Shown: positions 55,999-64,000 of the stretch, in pieces | Layout: each line of letters starts with the position of its first letter | How positions within the stretch are numbered: the first letter of the stretch is position 1 | NCBI GenBank assembly: GCA_964016885.1 | Contig: OZ024765.1 | Span: 22,196,001 to 22,260,000, forward strand | Direction of reading: 5' to 3' | From: Eledone cirrhosa | Lineage: Eukaryota | DNA length: 64,000 nt | Program-made: the position numbers and the translations under genes | Notes under the pieces: model-generated | The model's input: the letters and a program-made list of their open reading frames with translations, nothing else | Database searches by the model: none | What the model was told of the DNA's origin: nothing

Positions 55999-56190
55999 CA
56001 CTCCTCCTAGTCTACTTCTAGTCAAGCACGACCAAGGTTTTGTACATTGAAAGTTCCCCCCTGTGAGGCCCCAGTCTGGGCATGTGTTTGAGGAAGACCA
56101 GCAGTCAGCCTTACATAGTGGTCTCCCTTCTCCACTGATGTTGTCCAAGGCAATGGCTGACACAGCTTCACACCTGTCATGTGACAACAT
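55560..56190 (-). mobile_element. RTE 3' end (55560-55735), S2 SINE head (55736-55903) and a SINE-body fragment (~56000-56190)
   Basis: Matches 20190-20253, 39165-39310 and 29497-29662; the body fragment recurs at ~60100 and ~61235. Confidence 0.75.
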
Positions 56191-59100
56191 ATATTTTTTT
56201 ATATACTATATATATATACTATATATATTATATATAGTATATATACACTATATATACTATATACACTATATATACTATATATACTATATATACTATATAT
56301 ACACTATATATACTATATATACTATATATACTATATATACTATATATACTATATATACACTATATATACTATATATACTATATATACTATATATACTATA
56401 TATACACTATATATACTATATATACTCTATATACTCTATATACTATATATACTATATATACTCTATATACTCTATATACTATATATACTATATATACACT
56501 ATATATACTATATATACTCTATATACTATATATACTATATACACTATATATATTATATATACTATATATACACTATATATACTATATATACTCTATATAC
56601 TATATATACTATATATACACTATATATACTATATATACTATATATACACTATATACACTATATATACTATATATACTATATATACTCTATATACTCTATA
56701 TACTATATATACTATATATACTATATACACTATATATACTATATATACTATATATACACTATATATACTATATATACTATATATATACTATATATACTAT
56801 ATATACTATATATATACTATATATACTATATATATACTATATATACTATATATACTATATATACTCTATATACTCTATATACTATATATACTATATATAC
56901 ACTATATATATTATATATACTACATATACTATATATACTATATATACACTATATATATATACTATATATACTATATATACACTATATATACTATATATAC
57001 ACTATATATACTATATATACACTCTATACACTATATATACAGTATATATACTATATATACACTATATATACGATATATACACTATATATACTATATATAC
57101 ACTCTATATACTATATATACACTCTATATACTATATATACACTATATATACTATATATACACTATATACACTATATACACTCTATATACTATATATACAC
57201 GATATATACTATATACACTATATATACACTATATACACTATTTATAGACACTATATATACACTATATATATACACTATAAAAATTACATATACACTATAT
57301 ATACTATATATATACACTATATATACACTATATATACACTATATATACACTATATATACACTATATATACACTATATATACACTATATACACTATATATA
57401 TACACTATATATACACTATATATACACTATATATACACTATATATACACTATATACACACTATATATACACTATATATACACTATATATATACTATATAA
57501 ACACTATATATACACTATATATACACTATATATACACTATATATACACTATATACATACTATATATATACTATATATACTATATATAGTATATATAATAA
57601 ATGAAAGGCAGGCTGTATGATGCCTGCATACGAACAGCAATGTTACATGGCAGTGAGATCTGGGCATTGTGTGCAGAGGATATACACAGACTGGAGAGGA
57701 ACGAAGCTTGCATGCTCCGCTGGATGTGTAATAGTAATATACGTGAACGGCAAAGCATAAACGAATTAAGGGAGAAATTAGGAATAAGAGGGATCAGATG
57801 TTGTTTACTCGAGAGAAGACTACGTTGGTATGGTCACGTGATGCGCATGAAAGACGACAGCTGTATAGCAAAGTGCAGGGCAATAAAAATAGACGGTAGC
57901 CACGGAGTAGGCAGACCCAGAAAAACCTGGGATTACTTGATAAATTCCGACCTCACACATTTACACCTCTCCGAGACAATGGCACTGGACCGAGATCTTT
58001 GGCGCTACACAGTAATACAGAAGACTGCCTTGCCTAAGTACAAAGTGAAACCTACTACAGTCAGTAGGCACCTCTAACAAAATACACCCCCGTCCCACTA
58101 GCCCCACCCCATCCACACCACCCCTTTCAATGTAAAGTTATGTTGGTGCCACAACATCCAGGCCGAAACAAATGAGATCGTGTAGGTGTCATGACAAAAA
58201 AAACACACAGTCCACGCTGTAATGTGGCCATGTAGGTAACACGGTAAAAACCTCCCAGTCCCACACTGTAAATGTGGTTGGTGTTAGGAAGGGCATCCAG
58301 CCGTAGAAAACCTGCCAGACAGTCCACGCTGTAATGTGGCCGTGTAGGCAACACGGTAAAAACCTCCCAGTCCCACACTGTAAACGTGGTTGGTGTTAGG
58401 AAGGGCATCCAGCCGTAGAAAACCCGCCAGACAGTCCTGAGCAAGACAACCACTCTTGCCTCAAGTGGGAAAACTCCCGTCCAAACCCATGCAAGCATGG
58501 AACACGGACGTTAAATGAAGATGATGATGATGATAGACTATATATACTATATATACACTATATATACACTATATATACTATATATACACTATATATACTC
58601 TATATATACTATATATACACTATATATACACTATATATACTATATATATATACACTATATATACTATATATACACTATATATACACTATATATACTATAT
58701 ATATATACACTATATATACTATATATACACTATATATACGCTATATATACTATATATACACTATATATACACTATATATACTATATATATATACACTATA
58801 TATACTATGTATACACTATATATACACTATATATACACTATATATACACTATATATATACTATATATACACTATATATACTACATATACTATATATACAC
58901 TATATATACTATATATACACTATATATACTATATATACACTATATATACTAAATACACTATATATACTACATACACTATATATACACTATATATACACTA
59001 TATATACTACATACACTATATATACACTATATATACACTATATATACACTATATATATACACTATATATACACTATATATACACTATATATACTATATAT

Positions 59101-61230
59101 ACACTATATATACACTATATATATACACTATATATACACTATATATACACTATATATACACCATATATACACTATATATATACACTATATACACTATATA
59201 TACCCCATATATACACTATATATACACTATATATACACTATATATACACTATATATATACACTATATATACACTATATATACACTATATATACACTATAT
59301 ATACACTATATATATACTATATATATACTATATATACACTATATATATACACTATATATACACTATATATACACTATATATACACTATATATACCCTATA
59401 TACACTATATACACTATATATACACTATATATATATATATACACTATATATACACTATATATACGTTATATATATATACACCATATATACACTATATATA
59501 CACTATATATACACTATATATACACTATATATACACTATATACACTATATATACACTATATACACACTATATATACACTATATATATATACACCATATAT
59601 ACACTATATATACACTATATATACACTATATATATACACCATATATACACTATATATACACTATATATACACTATATATACACTATATACACTATAGATA
59701 CACTATATACACTATGTATACATTATATATACAATATATACCCTATATATACACTATATATACTATTTATACACTATATATACTATATATACACTATATA
59801 TACACTATATATACACTATATACACTATATATACACTATATATACACTATATATACACTATATATATACACCATATATACACTATATATACACTATATAT
59901 ACACTATATATACACTATATATACACTATATATACACTATATATACACTATATATACACTATATATATATACACCATATATACACTATATATACACTATA
60001 TATACACTATATATACACTATATATACACTATATATACACTATATATAGTGTATATATACACTTTATATAGTGTATATATACACTATATATACACTATAT
60101 ATGATGTTGTCCAAGGGAAAGGCAATAGTTGATACAGCTTGGGATTACAACATTATATATACATATATTATATATACATATATTATATATACAACATTAT
60201 ATATACAACATTATATATACAATATTATATATACAATATTATATATACAATATTATATATACAACATTATATATACAACATTATATATACAACATTATAT
60301 ATACAATATTATATATACATATATAATATATACAACATTATATATACAACATTATATATACAACATTATATATACAACATTATATATACAATATTATATA
60401 TACATATATTATATATACAACATTATAGATACAACATTATATATACAACATTATATATACAACATTATATATACAACATTATATATACAACATTATATAT
60501 ACATATATTATATATACAACATTATATATACAATATTATATATACAACATTATATATACAATATTATATATACATATATTATATATACAACATTATAGAT
60601 ACAACTTTATATATACAACATTATATATACATATATTATATATACATATATTATATAAACAACATTATATATACAACATTATATATACAACATTATATAT
60701 ACAATATTATATATACATACATTATATATACAACATTATATATACAACATTATATATACAACATTATATATACAATATTATATATACATATATTATATAT
60801 ACAACATTATAGATACAACATTATATATACAACATTATATATACAACATTATATATACATATATTATATATACAACATTATATATACAATATTATATATA
60901 CAATATTATATATACATATATTATATATACAACATTATATATACAACATTATATAGAACATTATATATACAACATTATATATACAACATTATATATACAA
61001 TATTATATATACAATATTATATATACAATATTATATATACATAGATTATATATACAACATCATATATACAACATTATATATACATTATATATACATATAT
61101 TATATATACATATATTATATATACAACATTATATATACAACATTATATATACATATATTATATATACAACATTATATATACACTGTATATATGCTATATA
61201 TACACTGTGTATATGCTATATATACACTAT
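56191..61230. repeat. (TACTATATA/TACAC)n field and 14-bp (ACAACATTATATAT)n array (60147-61180)
   Basis: Direct reading. Confidence 0.95.
57601..58533 (+). mobile_element. RTE LINE 3' fragment with 3' UTR and (GAT)n tail
   Basis: ORF 57601-58077 KGRLYDAC...RRLRWYGHV...GRPRKTW. Confidence 0.92.
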
Positions 61231-61301
61231 ATATGATGTTATCCAAGAGAATGTCAAAGGCCAATACAGCTTGGACCCAGTGATGTCACAACATATATAT
61301 A

Positions 61302-61354
<53 letters not shown>

Positions 61355-61358
<4 letters not shown>

Positions 61359-61908
61359 GATAAATCTACCAAGAGTTTACGGTAGTGTCCAATCCGTATG
61401 AAGAACTCAATGTAATCCGGATATCATGGAAAGAAGAGATGCAATGAAAAATCACTTTCGGTGAAAGATAAACGGAATACAGAGTCAAGATAAAATATTA
61501 AAAAAATAATGAATAAAACAATGAAACAGTTCCTTATATTAAACAAAAAAAGTTCATTATTTAACGATCGTTTCTGGGATATATATGTGTTAGAATTGGC
61601 ATGTATATTTAACAGATCTATGTACAAAATTATACAAAATTATACAAACTATCAAAATTAAATATACATACCAACTCATATATATGCCGTCTTCAGAAAT
61701 AATGATTATTTCTGAAGACGGCATATGTATGTGTTGGTATGTATATTATATTTGATAGTTTGTATAATTTTGTATAATTTTGTACATAGATCTGTTGAAT
61801 ATACATGCCAATTCTAACACATATATATCCTAGAAACGATCGTTAAATAATGAACTTTTTTTGTTTAATATAAGGAACTGTTTCATTGTTTTATTCATTA
61901 TTTTTTTA

Positions 61909-61917
<9 letters not shown>
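61355..61917. mobile_element. Penelope-like family F fold-back, ~214-bp arms, 1-nt spacer at 61704
   Basis: 61490-61703 is the reverse complement of 61705-61917; terminus has hairpin ctacc/ggtag and aagaactc. Confidence 0.82.
61705..61851 (+). ncRNA. Hammerhead ribozyme with a ~114-nt stem II (family F); mirror copy on the minus strand ending at 61703
   Basis: attattt-CTGAAGA-c-ggcatatgtatgtgttgg...ctaacacatatatatcct-a-GAAA-C-GATC-G-TT-aaataat. Confidence 0.75.
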
Positions 61918-61963
<46 letters not shown>

Positions 61964-62011
61964 GTGAAAGCAGTGATTCTTTGCTTAAACTTTAATCTGT
62001 TATTATAATAA

Positions 62012-62044
<33 letters not shown>

Positions 62045-62045
62045 T

Positions 62046-62195
<150 letters not shown>

Positions 62196-62198
62196 ATA

Positions 62199-62289
<91 letters not shown>

Positions 62290-62739
62290 ATGTATATTGC
62301 ATTAAAGAAAGAACAGGAACATTCTCCGCCCACAAGGAGTGACCAAACCCTGTGGGAAAAACCAAGGAAGGACTTTCCCCCCACAAGGAGTGACCAAACC
62401 CTGAAAGGACTCAGACGTGGATAAGTTGACAAATTAATTTCGAAGTATTTCCTGTCTTATTTATTTACAGGATATCAAAATATAATTTAAACTTTACGCT
62501 TCGTATTTTACTATTTTATTTAAATTTTGTTTAACTTCCGCTGTCAGATAAACATGAGGGTGTGTGGGTGGTGTGGAGTGTGAGGGTGGTGGGGTGTGTG
62601 TGGGTGGGGTGGAGTGTGTGGGTGGTGTGGAGTGTGTGGGTGGTGGGGTGTGTGTGGGTGGGGTGGAGTGTGTGGGTGGTGTGGAGTGTGTGGGTGGTGA
62701 GGTGTGTGTATATATATATATATATATGTATGTGTGCAT

Positions 62740-63410
62740 AGGTGTGTGTACATGAGTGTGTGTTTCATTGGTTGTATATATATATGTGTTTGATGGAGTG
62801 TATATATGTATATTTGTGTGTATATATATATGTATGTGTTTGGTTGGGTGTAGATATATATGTGTTTGATGGAGTGTATATATGTATATTTGTCTGTATA
62901 TATATAAATGTATGTGTTTCATTGGTTGTATATATATATGTGTTTGATGGAGTGTATATATGTATATTTGTCTGTATATATATAAATGTATGTGTTTCAT
63001 TGGTTGTATATATATATGTGTTTGATGGAGTGTATATATGTATATTTGTGTGTATATATATAAATGTATGTGGTTCATTGGTTGTATATATATATGTGTT
63101 TGATGGAGTGTATATATGTATATTTGTGTATATATATATGTATGTGTTTGATTGGGTGTAGATATATATGTGTTTGATGGAGTGTTTATATGTATATTTG
63201 TGTGTATATATATATGTATGTGGTTCATTGGTTGTATATATATATGTGTTTGATGGAGTGTATATATGTATATTTGTGTATATATATAAATGTATGTGTT
63301 TCATTGCTTGTATATATGTATATGTGTTAGATGGAGTGTATATATGTATATTTGTCTGTATATATATATATGTATGTGTTTGGTTGGGTGTAGATATATA
63401 TGTGTGTATA
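62740..63410. repeat. Imperfect ~60-bp minisatellite built around gtgtttgatggagtgtata
   Basis: Direct reading. Confidence 0.85.
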
Positions 63411-63414
63411 TATA

Positions 63415-64000
63415 TTTTTCTTCTTCTTCACCCACTTATTCCTGAGAGTGTTGTGGGAGGGGAAGAGTCCTCAAACATTCCCTCCACTGGGTCCTGTCAG
63501 AAGCAACTGTCCCCAACAGATCTGGCTGGATCCCCAAGCAAGACCAGCCAAGCTCATGGATGTTATCCAACCATCTTGCTCGGGGTCTACCCCTGGGTTT
63601 CCTGTCAGTTGGTTTTGCCTGTAAAATCTGTCCAGAGATTCTTCCTCAGACATTCTAACCACATGTCTGTAATATCAGAGCTGTGATCTCTCAATTCAGA
63701 GATTCTTTCCTCAGACATTCTAACCACATGTTTGTAATATCAGAGCTGTGGTCTCTCAATTCAGAGATTCTTTCCTCAGACATTCTAAACACATGTCTGT
63801 AGTATCAGAGCTGTGGTCTCTCAATTCAGAGATTCTTTCCTCAGACATTCTAACCACATGTCTGTAGTATCAGAGCTGTGATCTCTCAATTCAGAGATTC
63901 TTACCTGAGACATTCTAACCACATGTCTGTAGTATCAGAGCTGTGATCTCTCAATTCAGAGATTCTTACCTGAGACATTCTAACCACATGTCTGTAGTAT
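63415..64000 (-). mobile_element. RTE-type 3' end followed by a 65-bp tandem array derived from its coding sequence (63634-64000)
   Basis: Reverse complement reads HVVRMSEE...KPRGRPRARWLDNI...DRTQWR; the repeat unit encodes RIERSQL.YY.HVVRMSEERIS. Confidence 0.85.

Overview
Eukaryotic, AT-rich, almost entirely repetitive animal DNA. The SINE families, LINE repertoire and very long (TA)n/(CA)n/(CAC)n tracts point to a coleoid cephalopod such as Octopus (inference from remembered repeat sequences, not a database search). Nearly all entries in the ORF track are microsatellite artefacts. Real coding content is transposon-derived: a Tx1/L1-clade LINE with an intact 1146-aa ORF2, several RTE LINEs carrying a PHD finger, CRE and CR1 fragments, an internally deleted mariner, a MITE, Helitron-like ends and a probable solo LTR. 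Three small minus-strand exons may belong to a host gene ending in a transmembrane tail. The most striking signal is non-coding: about 20 minimal type-I hammerhead ribozyme motifs from roughly 10 sequence-unrelated families. Most sit in short, ORF-less fold-back (inverted-repeat) modules embedded in (TA)n. They share one 3' layout: ribozyme, then usually AATAAA, then GAGTGCT, a small hairpin and (TA)n. One lies just downstream of a GIY-YIG-like C-terminus, which links the set to Penelope-like retroelements. All coordinates were read by eye and may be off by a few bases.
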